The position numbers were made by a program, and so were the translations under genes. Shown here one piece after another: positions 12,782-22,990 of a stretch of 64,000 nt of DNA. The stretch's first letter is position 1, and every line of letters starts with the position of its first letter. This DNA comes from Dehalococcoidia bacterium. GTDB taxonomy: Bacteria; Chloroflexota; Dehalococcoidia; UBA6926. Below the pieces are notes generated by a model that was not told where the DNA came from, made no database searches, and saw only the letters and a list, made by a program, of their open reading frames with translations. Where the stretch lies: the NCBI GenBank assembly GCA_965207895.1, contig CBDBNN010000003.1, positions 1,111,268 to 1,175,267 of the forward strand, written 5' to 3'.

Positions 12782-13465
12782 TCAGTCGCGCTTGAGGTTG
12801 TCGAAGATGTTTTCGAGGTTGGCAGGCGGTGGGCCGTCGCCCTCGATAACCTCGAAAGTCACCTCACGGACCACGTGCTCTGCCGCGTCGCAAATGGCAA
12901 TGCACACATTGGCAACAGACTCCCGGCTGATAGATCCGTGGAGGGTGTCGTCCTGTCCAACCTCAATGGACTTAGTGCCGCCCGCATCATCTGAGAGGCC
13001 GCCGGGCCGAACGATGGCATATGAGAGTCCGCTACCACGCAAGTAGTTCTCACCGAACATCTTCCAGCGCAGGACGTTCTTGAAGCGGGAGTTCAGGTCA
13101 TGGTCGCTTTGTGTGACTCCAATGGAGGACACGAGCACGAATTGGCGAATGTGGCCGTGCTCCGCGGCGGCGTTCACGAGTGTGTGCACGCCCTGGTAGT
13201 CGACCCTTTCGGGTTCGCCGTCCGGGAACTTTGCGCCGACGGTTGAAATGACGTAGTGAGCTCCCTCCGCGGCCTCAAAGGCGGCGGCGTGGTCGGCAAT
13301 ATCACCGACGAAGATGCTGAGGTTGTCCGGCGTTCCGAAGATTTCCCGGAGCTTGCGCCCGTTCCTGACGAATGCGCGTACGTTCTCACCCCGATCAAGC
13401 AACTTGCGGGTGACGTGCATACCGACGCCGGATGCGGCGCCTGCGACCATGTAGGTGTCTGGCAT
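12782..13465 (-). CDS. NAD(P)H-binding atypical SDR (NAD_binding_10/NmrA-like)
   Basis: VAGAASGVG, VRAFVR, LVSSIG, IVRPGGL, ISRESVA. Confidence 0.85.
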   Translation of the reverse strand: MPDTYMVAGAASGVGMHVTRKLLDRGENVRAFVRNGRKLREIFGTPDNLSIFVGDIADHAAAFEAAEGAHYVISTVGAKFPDGEPERVDYQGVHTLVNAAAEHGHIRQFVLVSSIGVTQSDHDLNSRFKNVLRWKMFGENYLRGSGLSYAIVRPGGLSDDAGGTKSIEVGQDDTLHGSISRESVANVCIAICDAAEHVVREVTFEVIEGDGPPPANLENIFDNLKRD

Positions 13466-13580
13466 AATTCCCCCTTTCTTCGAGCTTAGCGAGTCGAGGG
13501 GAGATATGGCAATTGGGGTGACACGATCAGGGCGACCCTTCGACAAGCTCAGGGTGAACGGTGTGGGCTATCCTTGTGGT

Positions 13581-14003
13581 ATGAGCGGACGAATCATTGC
13601 GCTGGATCTTGGCAAGGCCAGGAGCGGCGTTGCCGTGTCTGATCCGACACAGACCATCGCCCAACCGCTTGATCTGCTGCCCGGGGCGGACGCACCCACG
13701 TTTGTTGAGCAGTTGGGGAGTGTTGTCGCGGAGTACGAGGCGGAGCGCGTGATCGTCGGCATTCCCCGAACGATGGACGGCCGCATGGGTAAGATGGCGT
13801 ATTGGGCGGAGGGAATTCGCCGCGCCTGTGAACGCGGACTGTCCGTGCCCGTTGAGGGCAGGGACGAACGGCTGTCTACCGTGTCTGCCGAACGGGCCAT
13901 GAGGGATGCCGGCAGCGTTTCGAGCCCGGCGGATTCGGTTGCTGCGGCTGTCGTTCTGCAGGCGTATCTGGATGAACTGAGGATCCGGGATGGGGCGTCA
14001 TGA
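13581..14003 (+). CDS. ruvX: YqgF/RuvX pre-16S rRNA nuclease
   Basis: IALDLG...GVAVSD, VGIP, DERLST, DSVAA..LQ.YLD. Confidence 0.9.
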   Translation: MSGRIIALDLGKARSGVAVSDPTQTIAQPLDLLPGADAPTFVEQLGSVVAEYEAERVIVGIPRTMDGRMGKMAYWAEGIRRACERGLSVPVEGRDERLSTVSAERAMRDAGSVSSPADSVAAAVVLQAYLDELRIRDGAS

Positions 14004-14839
14004 CGTCTCGTGTTGGAATCATCGGCTATCCACTTGGGCATTCCATTTCGCCAGTGTTTCAGCAGGCGGCTTTTGACGAACTCGAAATCGATGCCCGCTA
14101 CGAGACGTGGGCGACTCCTGCAGATGAACTTGCCGCGCGTGTTGAGTCACTGCGGGCGAATGACGTGTTGGGCGCTAACGTGACGGTGCCGCATAAGCAG
14201 GCTGTCATGCCTTTTCTGGACGAGATCCTGCCAGTTGCGGAGTCTATCGGCGCGGTGAACACGATCATCAATCGCGATGGTTTTCTGATCGGAGCAAATA
14301 CGGACGCGGGCGGTTTCACCCGGTCGTTGGAGCAGGAGGCACGTTTTACCGCGGCGCGAAAGTGTGCCCTGATTGTCGGGGCGGGGGGAGCGGCACGAGC
14401 CGTCGCGTTCGGCCTCGCCTGGGAGGGTGTTTCGGAGCTGATCTTCGTCAATCGGACGCCGGAAAGGGCGTCGGAGTTGGCAAATGACGTATCCCAGGCG
14501 ACCGCGACGGAAACGCGAGGTGGCGGCTTTGAGGACATCTCCGGTAGCGACGGAATTGACCTGATTGTGAACTGCACCTCTATGGGCATGGCGGGCGGGC
14601 CGGACCCGGACGGCATGCCGCCGGTTGAAGGCTTGCTCACGCGCGGCGTCCTCGTATGTGACCTTGTTTACAATCCGCAGGAAACACCGCTACTGGCACT
14701 TTCTCGTGAAAGAGGCGCGTTCGTGCTGGGCGGGATCGGAATGCTGGTGTACCAGGGCGCGGCATCGTTCGAGTTCTGGACAGACCACGAGCCGCCGGAG
14801 GACATCATGTACGCGGCGGCTCTAAAGGCACTGATGTAA
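14000..14839 (+). CDS. aroE: Shikimate dehydrogenase
   Basis: HSISP, NVTVPHK, GAVNT, NTD, GAGGAARA, DLVYNP. Confidence 0.95.
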   Translation: MTSRVGIIGYPLGHSISPVFQQAAFDELEIDARYETWATPADELAARVESLRANDVLGANVTVPHKQAVMPFLDEILPVAESIGAVNTIINRDGFLIGANTDAGGFTRSLEQEARFTAARKCALIVGAGGAARAVAFGLAWEGVSELIFVNRTPERASELANDVSQATATETRGGGFEDISGSDGIDLIVNCTSMGMAGGPDPDGMPPVEGLLTRGVLVCDLVYNPQETPLLALSRERGAFVLGGIGMLVYQGAASFEFWTDHEPPEDIMYAAALKALM

Positions 14840-14889
14840 TCTGAATAGTGGACGGAATGAACCATGCAGGCAGGAGCTGCTGACACTCA

Positions 14890-16122
14890 ATGGGACAATT
14901 TCGATTCTTGACGGCCGGAGAGTCGCATGGGCCGGGCCTGACGACAATCGTTGAGGGCGTACCGGCGGGTATTTCCCTGTCTGAGGACTATATTCGGCAG
15001 GATCTGGCGCGGCGACAGCGGGGCTATGGGCGCGGGGCGCGGCAACAGATCGAGACAGATCGCGCCCGCATCTCTTCGGGTGTGCGGCACGGGCTGACGC
15101 TCGGCGGGCCGATCGCCATGTTCGTTGAGAATCGCGATTTTTCGACGGGCACGGGGCCAGACGGCGTACCGTGGGTAGATGAGATGTCCATCGAGCCGTC
15201 GGATGTTCCCTTTGAACCGATTACCAAGCTGCGGCCCGGTCATGCCGACACGCCGGGGATCACCAAGTATTCGCATGATGACGCGCGGAACGTTCTTGAG
15301 CGGTCCAGCGCACGGGAGAGCGCGGCGCGTGTGGCGGCAGGAGCGGTGGCGCGACGATTCCTTGAGGAGATCGGCATAGAAGTACATAGCCACGTTGTTG
15401 GGCTTGGGGGCGTGGTGGCCGCGCCGCAGGAGGCCATCGACTGGGTGCAGCTTGAGGAATCTCCGGTTCGATGCGCTGATCCGGTGGCGACAGAGGCCAT
15501 GATCGAGGCCATCGACGCGGCGCGGAATGAGGGCGACAGTTTGGGTGGCGTGTTCGAGGTCATCGCTACCGGTGCTCCGATTGGCTTGGGCTCGCACATT
15601 CAGTGGGATCGCAAGCTGAGTACACGACTTGCGGCCGCTGTAATGAGCATCAATGCCGTCAAGGGCGTGGAGTTCGGGGCAGGTTTTGACCAGGCAGCAA
15701 TGCGCGGTTCAACCGTGCATGACGTGGTGAAGCCCATCGATGAATGGGACAGGAATCCCGACGGGACTTGGGTGCGTCCATGGCCACGGCGATCCAACAA
15801 CTCCGGTGGGCTTGAGGGCGGAATGACGACGGGCGAGCCGGTTGTTGTGCGGGCCATGGTCAAGCCCATCGCGACGATTATGAATGCGCTGGAAACGGTG
15901 GACCTTCGGACGGGCGCCAAGGTGGATCGGGCGCATTATGAACGCAGCGATATCACATTCGTGCCCACATGCGCGGTGATTGGCGAGGCGATGGTCTGCA
16001 TCGCGCTGGCAGACGCCGTGTTGGAGAAGTTTGGCGGCGACCATCGAGATGAGACGGTGCGCAACGTTCGCGCATACATGGAGACGGCGGGGCCGAGCCA
16101 TGCGCCCGCGTCAACGATCTAG
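14890..16122 (+). CDS. aroC: Chorismate synthase
   Basis: TAGESHG, RPGHAD, ERSSARE, GGLEGGMT, ERSD. Confidence 0.96.
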   Translation: MGQFRFLTAGESHGPGLTTIVEGVPAGISLSEDYIRQDLARRQRGYGRGARQQIETDRARISSGVRHGLTLGGPIAMFVENRDFSTGTGPDGVPWVDEMSIEPSDVPFEPITKLRPGHADTPGITKYSHDDARNVLERSSARESAARVAAGAVARRFLEEIGIEVHSHVVGLGGVVAAPQEAIDWVQLEESPVRCADPVATEAMIEAIDAARNEGDSLGGVFEVIATGAPIGLGSHIQWDRKLSTRLAAAVMSINAVKGVEFGAGFDQAAMRGSTVHDVVKPIDEWDRNPDGTWVRPWPRRSNNSGGLEGGMTTGEPVVVRAMVKPIATIMNALETVDLRTGAKVDRAHYERSDITFVPTCAVIGEAMVCIALADAVLEKFGGDHRDETVRNVRAYMETAGPSHAPASTI

Positions 16123-16131
16123 GGTTCTCGT

Positions 16132-17814
16132 GTGTCCGCGCCACGACGCAATATCTATCTGATTGGGTTTTCCTACACGGGAAAGTCCACTGTCGCGAGA
16201 CAGATTTCCGTCAATCTGCACATCGATTTCGCCGATATTGACGAACTCGTTGAATCCCGCGCCGGAAAGAGCATCCCGGAGATTTTCGCCACTGAGGGAG
16301 AGTCCGTTTTTCGGGAGTTGGAATCCGAGGTGCTGCGGGAAGTGTCGCAGTGGCCGAACATGGTCGTCGCGACAGGCGGCGGCATCGTTCTTGATCCTGA
16401 GAACCGTGCCGCCATGCAGCGCACGGGCGCGGTAATCAGCCTTGAGGCGCAGCCTGCGACTATTCTCGCGCGGATGCAGGCGGATGAAGCGGATGCTACC
16501 GAGCGACCGCTGCTTGCTTCCGGCGATCCGCTTGGTCGGATTGCGGCGCTGAAATCGAGTCGGCAGGCGGCCTATGCCATCGCTGATTCAACGGTGAATA
16601 CTGACCGACTGACGATGGACGAGGTGGCTGTCGCGTCGCAACGCGGAGCCGAAAAGGGCTGGGAACGCCTGGCTGCGGGGCAGTTGCTGGAGCCCGTCGC
16701 TGATGGTGACGGGGACAGCGATGTCGCGTTCAGGGTGAAGACGGAGACGGCGGCGTATCCGATAGTCGTTGCGCCGGGCGCGCTGGAGACGCTTGGGCAT
16801 CGAATGAGCGAGCTCGGTTTGTCGGGCAGGGCGTGTGTGATCACGGACAGCGGCATACCCGGACAATGGCGAGAAACAGCGCTTGGTAGCCTGAATGAAG
16901 CAGGGTTCGATCCGCTGCTGCTGGAGATTCCTGAAGGCGAGACATCCAAGAACCTGGCGCAGGCCGGCGAGTTGTTTGCAGAGTTGAGCAGCAACCGAAT
17001 TGAGAGACGCGACGTAGTCGTTGGGCTTGGCGGCGGCGTTGTCGGAGATCTGGCGGGTTATGTGGCCGCGACCTATCTACGAGGAGTTGCATTCGTGCAG
17101 GTCCCGACAACCCTTCTTGGCATGGTTGACGCTTCTATAGGAGGGAAGGTGGCGATCGATCTGCCGTCTGGCAAGAACCTTGTCGGCGCGTTCTATCAGC
17201 CGCGCCTAGTCCTGTCAGACACACGAACCCTGGACACGTTGCAGCCGCGACAGCTCACGGCAGGGTGGGCCGAGGTCATCAAGACCGGTGCTATTTTCGA
17301 CGCGGAGCTCTTTGAATATCTTGAGACCAACGTAAAAGCCATTCTCGCAGGAGATGAGGCAATGCGGGCACATGCCGTGCTGCGTTGTTCTGCAATCAAG
17401 GGGCGCGTCGTTTCACTGGACGAGCGGGAGATGACGGGGCTGCGGGCGCGGCTGAATCTTGGCCATACGCTCGGGCACGCGGTCGAGAACGCACTCGAAT
17501 ACACAGGAATTCTTCACGGGGAAGCCGTCGCAATCGGGACGAGCTTTGCGGCACATCTGGCCGAGAGGGTAGGGTCGATTACAGCAGAAGAACGACAGCG
17601 GCAGATCGATCTTCTGAATGCGTATGGTCTGCCGACAACTGCGCCGGAAGGACTGGAACTATCTGATATTCAAGCCGCGCTGGCCGTGGACAAGAAGGTG
17701 GAGGCAGGGCGGACACGATGGATCCTGTGTGACGGCATAGGACGAGGTCGCTTGCGGGCTGATGTGCCGCCGGATGTGTCAGATGAGGTGTTGAAGGCGT
17801 TTCTGGGGGGGTAG
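16132..17814 (+). CDS. aroKB: Shikimate kinase / 3-dehydroquinate synthase fusion
   Basis: N-terminal GFSYTGKST and ATGGG; C-terminal GGGVVGD, PTTLLGMVDASIGGK, LNLGHTLGHA. Confidence 0.93.
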   Translation: MSAPRRNIYLIGFSYTGKSTVARQISVNLHIDFADIDELVESRAGKSIPEIFATEGESVFRELESEVLREVSQWPNMVVATGGGIVLDPENRAAMQRTGAVISLEAQPATILARMQADEADATERPLLASGDPLGRIAALKSSRQAAYAIADSTVNTDRLTMDEVAVASQRGAEKGWERLAAGQLLEPVADGDGDSDVAFRVKTETAAYPIVVAPGALETLGHRMSELGLSGRACVITDSGIPGQWRETALGSLNEAGFDPLLLEIPEGETSKNLAQAGELFAELSSNRIERRDVVVGLGGGVVGDLAGYVAATYLRGVAFVQVPTTLLGMVDASIGGKVAIDLPSGKNLVGAFYQPRLVLSDTRTLDTLQPRQLTAGWAEVIKTGAIFDAELFEYLETNVKAILAGDEAMRAHAVLRCSAIKGRVVSLDEREMTGLRARLNLGHTLGHAVENALEYTGILHGEAVAIGTSFAAHLAERVGSITAEERQRQIDLLNAYGLPTTAPEGLELSDIQAALAVDKKVEAGRTRWILCDGIGRGRLRADVPPDVSDEVLKAFLGG

Positions 17815-18016
17815 CTGCCAGTGACCTCCCCCTCACCCTAACCCTCTCCCCAAGGAGAGGGGATTTTGGGGTTCGCGTTCGGGCATGAGTGGCTAAATGG
17901 TTGGCCTGCCACGCTCCGTTATTGGCGACCTATCGGGACTTAGGATTCTTCACTGCCCTCAGTGTGACAACGGCCACGATTTGCGCGCGGGGCGTGGCGT
18001 CACTATATTTGGCATC

Positions 18017-18454
18017 GGCGAGCAGGGCCGGGGGCCGGATGGCCGCGCAGGCCGCTACGGCGGCCTGGGAGGAAAGTCCGGGCTCCATGGGCAGGGTGCT
18101 GGGTAACGCCCAGGCGTTTCGCGGTGTTATGCCGCGGGGCGACGGATAGTGGCACAGAGACGAAACCGCCGATGGCCTGACGATTCGTCGTTGGGCACAG
18201 GCAAGGGTGAAAACGGGCGGTAAGAGCGCCCGGCTGACCTCGCGGTGACGCGGCGGCGGCCAAACCCCACCTGGAGCAAGGCCAAATAGAAGGACGCGCG
18301 TTGAAAGACGGGCAGGGGAACGCCCACCCCGTCCTCGGGTAGGCTGCTTGAGCGTCGGCGCAAGTCGGCGCCCAGATGGATGGCCATCGACCGGTTGGCG
18401 GTGACGCTGGCCGGGGACAGAACCCGGCTTACAGGCTCTCAGGACCTGCTCGCC
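18017..18454 (+). ncRNA. rnpB: RNase P RNA, bacterial class A
   Basis: GAGGAAAGTCCGGGCTCC near 18069, ACAGAACCCGGCTTAC near 18417; terminal pairing GGCGAGCAGG/CCTGCTCGCC; promoter TTGCGC(17981)-N17-TATATT(18004). Confidence 0.95.
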
Positions 18455-18474
18455 AATCAGGAACGAGCTATGCC

Positions 18475-18885
18475 TTATGCGAGCGGTGTGACGAAACCTG
18501 CGGCCTGGAAATCAGTGTCGAACGTGAGGGCGTGGCGGATTTGGCGCTGCTCCATGGCGAGGAAACTGGCGCAATCGGTCAGGCTGAAGCGTTGATCGAG
18601 ACGCTGCGCAAAGAGCTGCACAGTGGCGTCAAACTGTTCAGGGGTCTGTGGGATAATGGTGACGTTGGGGTCGTTCCGCAGCCTGTGCAGGTGATCTAAT
18701 ACTGCCACGCGAGCTTGAGGTCCCCGGCGGGACAGCGCCGCGAAAACTTCAACGAGAACCATTTCTGTTGTGACGACCCTGTAGCCCGTGAATGCTTGCA
18801 GGCCTCCCCTCGCCACCCCCGTGTATTGATCACGATCATCCAATATCGCGATGAAGAAGCCTGCGTCTAAGAAGACCTCATTCAT
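18475..18885 (-). CDS. PIN domain (VapC-like) toxin
   Basis: VFLDAG, VLVE, FSLTDCASF, ALTFDTDF. Confidence 0.9.
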   Translation of the reverse strand: MNEVFLDAGFFIAILDDRDQYTGVARGGLQAFTGYRVVTTEMVLVEVFAALSRRGPQARVAVLDHLHRLRNDPNVTIIPQTPEQFDATVQLFAQRLDQRFSLTDCASFLAMEQRQIRHALTFDTDFQAAGFVTPLA

Positions 18886-19157
18886 TCCTCTTCGGATACC
18901 TTGGGATGGCCATAGAGATAGTGTTTGTAGTTGATTGAGAGGTCTGTTGGGGCATCATCGAAAGCGCCAGGGTATTTCTTGTGGAGATTGGAGATCCACC
19001 AAAAGGTGGGATGCATACCCGGCGGTGGGTCCCCCACGCCAAGGTCTGCCCATAGTTCCCGCTTGAAGGTCAGTGTCTTCTCATCCACCGCGTCCTCGGC
19101 CTCCCTCCCGTCCGACTCGTCCACCGTTAGGCCGTCCTGCGGCAGAGCGTCATTCAC
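18882..19157 (-). CDS. Putative antitoxin (acidic; C-terminal PTDLSINYKHYLYG)
   Basis: Overlaps the PIN gene by 4 nt; acidic, disordered composition. Confidence 0.6.
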   Translation of the reverse strand: MNDALPQDGLTVDESDGREAEDAVDEKTLTFKRELWADLGVGDPPPGMHPTFWWISNLHKKYPGAFDDAPTDLSINYKHYLYGHPKVSEEE

Positions 19158-19279
19158 GCGCCGGGCTGCTGCGGCTCGTTAGTGGGTACGTAGACGTTAA
19201 CCTCCCGCCCTTCCTCAAGATCGAGAGGCTCAAGCGGCGTAAGGACGCCGTTTTCGTAACGAGCGCGGATAGTTGCCAT
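19154..19279 (-). CDS. DUF104/AF2212-like antitoxin domain peptide (41 aa)
   Basis: Manual translation MATIRARYENGVLTPLEPLDLEEGREVNVYVPTNEPQQPGA; TAATG overlap with the glutaredoxin stop; below the ORF-track length cutoff. Confidence 0.7.
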   Translation of the reverse strand: MATIRARYENGVLTPLEPLDLEEGREVNVYVPTNEPQQPGA

Positions 19280-19527
19280 TACAGGCCCAGCAGCTCCTCG
19301 TATTCGTCCTTTTTGAAGCCGATGATGGCCTGGCCATCTACGACGAGGGTTGGGACGGACATACTGCGGTAGTTTTGGACGAGCTCAAGCATGTAGTCGC
19401 GGTTCTCGACAACGTCTTTGGATTCGTAGCCGATGTCGTGGTCGGCGAGGAAACGCTTCGCGACTTCGCAGTCGGGGCAGTTTTCCTTCTTGGTGTACAG
19501 GACGATGGTCTTGGTTTGCGTTGCCAT
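19279..19527 (-). CDS. NrdH/glutaredoxin-like protein
   Basis: YTK..CPDC, SVPTLVVDG, IIGF. Confidence 0.88.
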   Translation of the reverse strand: MATQTKTIVLYTKKENCPDCEVAKRFLADHDIGYESKDVVENRDYMLELVQNYRSMSVPTLVVDGQAIIGFKKDEYEELLGL

Positions 19528-19537
19528 TGTTTTCTCC

Positions 19538-20002
19538 TTAGACCCCGACGGCTTCGCGGACGTTCTTCATTGCGGCGATGATTTCATCCGTGTCAAGGAC
19601 GGCTTCCATGATTTCGACCTGCTCCTGATAGACGGCGGCGTCGAACTGGCTCTTGACCTCTTCTTCCAGCACGTGGAAGACGGGGAGGCCGAGCGCGATT
19701 CCCGCCAGCGGGCCGACCCAGGAGGGATCGCCCTCCGTCACGGTGCGCGCATAGACCTCGGCGCTCTCCGGCGTTGGTGAGCCGAGCAATACGACCATAT
19801 CGTCTGCGCCGTGCGTATCGACCGTTGCCTTGATTCCTTCTTGACCTTCAAGGTCAAGTGCTCCGGCGGCGGTTCAAACAAAGCACTGCGTCTGCACCAT
19901 CACCGGCTCTGCGCCGGCGCTGCGGACGCAGGCCTCAATGGCGGGGCCGGGTACGCCGTCCCGCTCCCCGACGATGATCACTCGCTTTCCCGCAAGGTCC
20001 AT
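19538..20002 (-). CDS. grdA: Glycine/sarcosine/betaine reductase selenoprotein A (Sec TGA at 19874-19876)
   Basis: Two ORF-track pieces join in frame across TGA: GERDGVPGPAI...QCFV-U-TAAGALDLEGQ...VVLLG..TVTEGDPSWVGPLAG; canonical CFVUTAAG motif; hairpin 15 nt downstream. Confidence 0.92.
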
Positions 20003-20072
20003 GTCACCTTCTCCCTCTCTCGCACGGCGGGAGTGTCCCGCTAGTGCACATAATACGCCAATTACGAGAGGA

Positions 20073-21524
20073 TTACCCCGCGCCCGGGTTCGCCTCCAGG
20101 ATGAAGGACTCGCCATCAGACATGTGGGTCATGCGTCCAAGGAACAGGCTGCCCTTCGCCAGGAACATCGAGTACTGGTAGTCGCCTGCGCGCAGGTCAT
20201 CGAGCGCATGGGCCATGAACGGCATGGCGGAGGCGACGTGGCCCTGGGTGGGTGAGAAGCCGGGCATGCCGTGCTCCTCGACGAACTTGTCCCTCGATTC
20301 GGAGCCCTTTGGAATCTGGCCGTGCTGGGCGGCAAGGGCGGCGATGAGGCGGTAGTTGGTGCGGGGAACATTGCCGCTGCCCGCAGTGTCCGTGATCTCC
20401 GGGTTGTGCATCTCCGTGGCGTACTTGGCGATGTCCTCAAAGCGCAGGCCGAGCCGTTCAAGTGGATCCGAGACAAGCGCCTCAACGATGGCCTGCTGAA
20501 CGGAACCCGCCCCGACGGTGTGGCGGCCAACACTGTCAAGCCGGAGCATGGGGCTTGTGCCGTCGTCGGGGCCCATCAGGACGGCGAAACCGGCGAGCAT
20601 GTCCTCCATGACGGGGATTTCCTTGGCGAGATGGCCTCGGTACTTCATTCCGAGTTTGGCCAGTGAGCAGCCTCCGACCACAGCTACTTCAGGGAAGACG
20701 CCGGACTGTACAAGGCTGCCGCCAACAACCATTGCGTGGACGGGCGCGCAGCAGAATGCCTTGACGTCTGCGCCGGTTGAGTTGACGCACGCAGCGGCTT
20801 CAGCAACGGCCTTGCCAAGGTTGCCGCCGCCGCGGTTATAGCGGTCGCCGATGGCTTCCTCCCCTGAACCAATCACATATTGGAGACCGGCCGGGTCCGT
20901 GCCGGATTCGGCAAGCACGGAGCGGAGAGCCATGGTTGCGGTGGCCTTTACGGCAAGGTTTTCAAGCAGGATGTCCGGGGCGAGAGAAGCATCGTCCACG
21001 TAGTCGGTTTGTACCAGGCCAATGGTCTCGCCGTCACGCGTCAATAGTGGAATCGCGCCCTCCCGGGATGACAGCCTCTCTTCAATGCGCGAGTAGGGGA
21101 CTCCCTGGATTCGCTCTATCTCCCCGTCGGTGACACGGGGGTGGCTGCGAAGTTCGGCTGCGACGCGGGCGGCATAGCCCTCTTCAAGCAGGACGAGATC
21201 GAACTCGTCGGCGGCTTTGAGCAGGCCGTGGAATTGATCTTCGTTGACGAGTTCGCCGTGGGGGCCACTTGTCGAATATTCGGCCAGCATGTTCTCATAC
21301 CACGGCGCGGCGGCAGTATTGAGATTGTCCGGCTTCATGTTGCCGAGCAGTACCTGGTGCGGGGCGTAGGCGGCTGCGTCATCGAAGGACCGGAGACTAC
21401 CCTGAATGTCCTGCCAGACGCTGTGGTTGCCGTGGATCTCTCTTGTGGGCTTTGATCCGTGCCTGACAAGGCCCGGTGTGTGGGCGAGAAAGAACCTGAT
21501 ATCCCTGACGACGGGGTGGCTCAT
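20073..21524 (-). CDS. grdC: Glycine reductase complex component C subunit beta-like
   Basis: EEAIGDRYNRGGGNLGKA, DVKAFCCAP, KLGMK, PTQGH, KGSLFLGRMT. Confidence 0.88.
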   Translation of the reverse strand: MSHPVVRDIRFFLAHTPGLVRHGSKPTREIHGNHSVWQDIQGSLRSFDDAAAYAPHQVLLGNMKPDNLNTAAAPWYENMLAEYSTSGPHGELVNEDQFHGLLKAADEFDLVLLEEGYAARVAAELRSHPRVTDGEIERIQGVPYSRIEERLSSREGAIPLLTRDGETIGLVQTDYVDDASLAPDILLENLAVKATATMALRSVLAESGTDPAGLQYVIGSGEEAIGDRYNRGGGNLGKAVAEAAACVNSTGADVKAFCCAPVHAMVVGGSLVQSGVFPEVAVVGGCSLAKLGMKYRGHLAKEIPVMEDMLAGFAVLMGPDDGTSPMLRLDSVGRHTVGAGSVQQAIVEALVSDPLERLGLRFEDIAKYATEMHNPEITDTAGSGNVPRTNYRLIAALAAQHGQIPKGSESRDKFVEEHGMPGFSPTQGHVASAMPFMAHALDDLRAGDYQYSMFLAKGSLFLGRMTHMSDGESFILEANPGAG

Positions 21525-21681
21525 GGGGACTCCCTTTTTGACGGTGAACACGCCCCTCAAACAGATTTTCCCGAGGGCCGTTTCACCATATTATGTCGTT
21601 GACAGAGGCTAGCAACGCCGCCTAATGTGTGTCAACGTGAGAGGGCTATTTTGAGGGCCTAAATCACGGGGGAGGATTGGG

Positions 21682-22944
21682 ATGAAACTCACTCTCGCAA
21701 TCCATGAGGTTAGCGACGCGAAACTGGGTTCGGGAACGTCGCTCGAAAATGGAACACTGACGGTCGATGCCGATGAGCTTCGAGAGGCCATCCTTGAGGA
21801 TCGTCGTATTGAGAGTGTTGACGTAGAAGTTGCGAATCCCGGCGAGCCCTGCCGTATAGGCGTCGTATTTGACATTCTCGAGCCGCGAGCCAAGGAGCCG
21901 GGCACGGGCAGCGATTTTCCCGGTCTGCTTGGGCCAATGGCCATGGCGGGGCAGGGCACGACACACGTGCTGCGCGGAACGGCCCTCACAGTTGTCGATG
22001 CTCAACAGGAACCGGGCATCGCGTCAAAGATGATGGAGATGCATGGGGAGGCGGCGGCCAATTCACCTTATGGAAACCTACATCACGTTGTCATTGTTCC
22101 GCACATGATTCCCGGAACACCGCGCCACGTGGAGCTGAACGCTCTTCGGCTGGCTTCCGCACGGGCGACGGTCTTTCTTGGCAGCGCCGGCATCGGCCAA
22201 AACCCTGACTCCACCGAGGATTTTGAACTTGATGGGCCGTCCACGGATCGCGAAGGGGTGCCGCGCATCGCTTTTATCGGGCAGATTCACGGCCACCAGA
22301 TGGTCGTGGAAGAAGATGAGCGCATCTTATATGGCAGCAACACTGAAGGGATGATCCCCGTCACTATGCATCCGAACGAGTGGCTGGACGGGGCGGTTGT
22401 CTGCTCGTATTGGGTGATGCGCGTGGAGACGTATTTCTATCAGAATCACTCGATCATCCAGGAGCTGTACCAGCGGCACCAGGCCGGTGAGATCAATTTC
22501 GTGGGGACTGTGGCAACGGTTGCGGCTTCTCTTGAGGCGGACCGCAACAGGAACTGCCTGCTTGCCGCGCACCAAGCCAAGTGGAACCTCGATGCGGACG
22601 GCGTTGTGCTGACCAAGTACGGTGGCGGCGCGCCGCACGTGGATATGGGTGAAACGGCTCGAATCTGTGAGGCGCTGGGGATGAAGACCGTCGTGCAGGT
22701 GTCTGACTCCTCCGGTGACAGGCGGGCGGAGTCCGCAATGCTGTTCAACTATCCGGAAGTGGATGCGATTGTGTACGGCGGCGGCGGTGACATCGCCTGG
22801 GACGTCGAGCCGGTGGAGCGAGTGATTGCGGGTTCTCCAGCCGTCGCGCAGGCGCTTGCGCAGATGACGCAGATCCCGGCGCAGGCTCTGTGCGGCGTGA
22901 CGAATCAGCAGGGCGCATCGGTCGTGCGTGCGGTGGTGTACTGA
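21682..22944 (+). CDS. Reductase complex component B subunit, GrdE/GrdG/GrdI family
   Basis: DILEPRAK, FPG, HPNEWLDGA, YQNH, ADGVVLT; directly upstream of the grdB-like gene. Confidence 0.85.
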   Translation: MKLTLAIHEVSDAKLGSGTSLENGTLTVDADELREAILEDRRIESVDVEVANPGEPCRIGVVFDILEPRAKEPGTGSDFPGLLGPMAMAGQGTTHVLRGTALTVVDAQQEPGIASKMMEMHGEAAANSPYGNLHHVVIVPHMIPGTPRHVELNALRLASARATVFLGSAGIGQNPDSTEDFELDGPSTDREGVPRIAFIGQIHGHQMVVEEDERILYGSNTEGMIPVTMHPNEWLDGAVVCSYWVMRVETYFYQNHSIIQELYQRHQAGEINFVGTVATVAASLEADRNRNCLLAAHQAKWNLDADGVVLTKYGGGAPHVDMGETARICEALGMKTVVQVSDSSGDRRAESAMLFNYPEVDAIVYGGGGDIAWDVEPVERVIAGSPAVAQALAQMTQIPAQALCGVTNQQGASVVRAVVY

Positions 22945-22990
22945 GCGGCGGAGGCGGCGCGTTCAGGGCGAGAGGAAGAGGAGGCCGGAG

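Noticed and set aside
16132-17814. AroK-AroB fusion as a novelty
   Set aside because: This fusion is known from multiple bacterial lineages.
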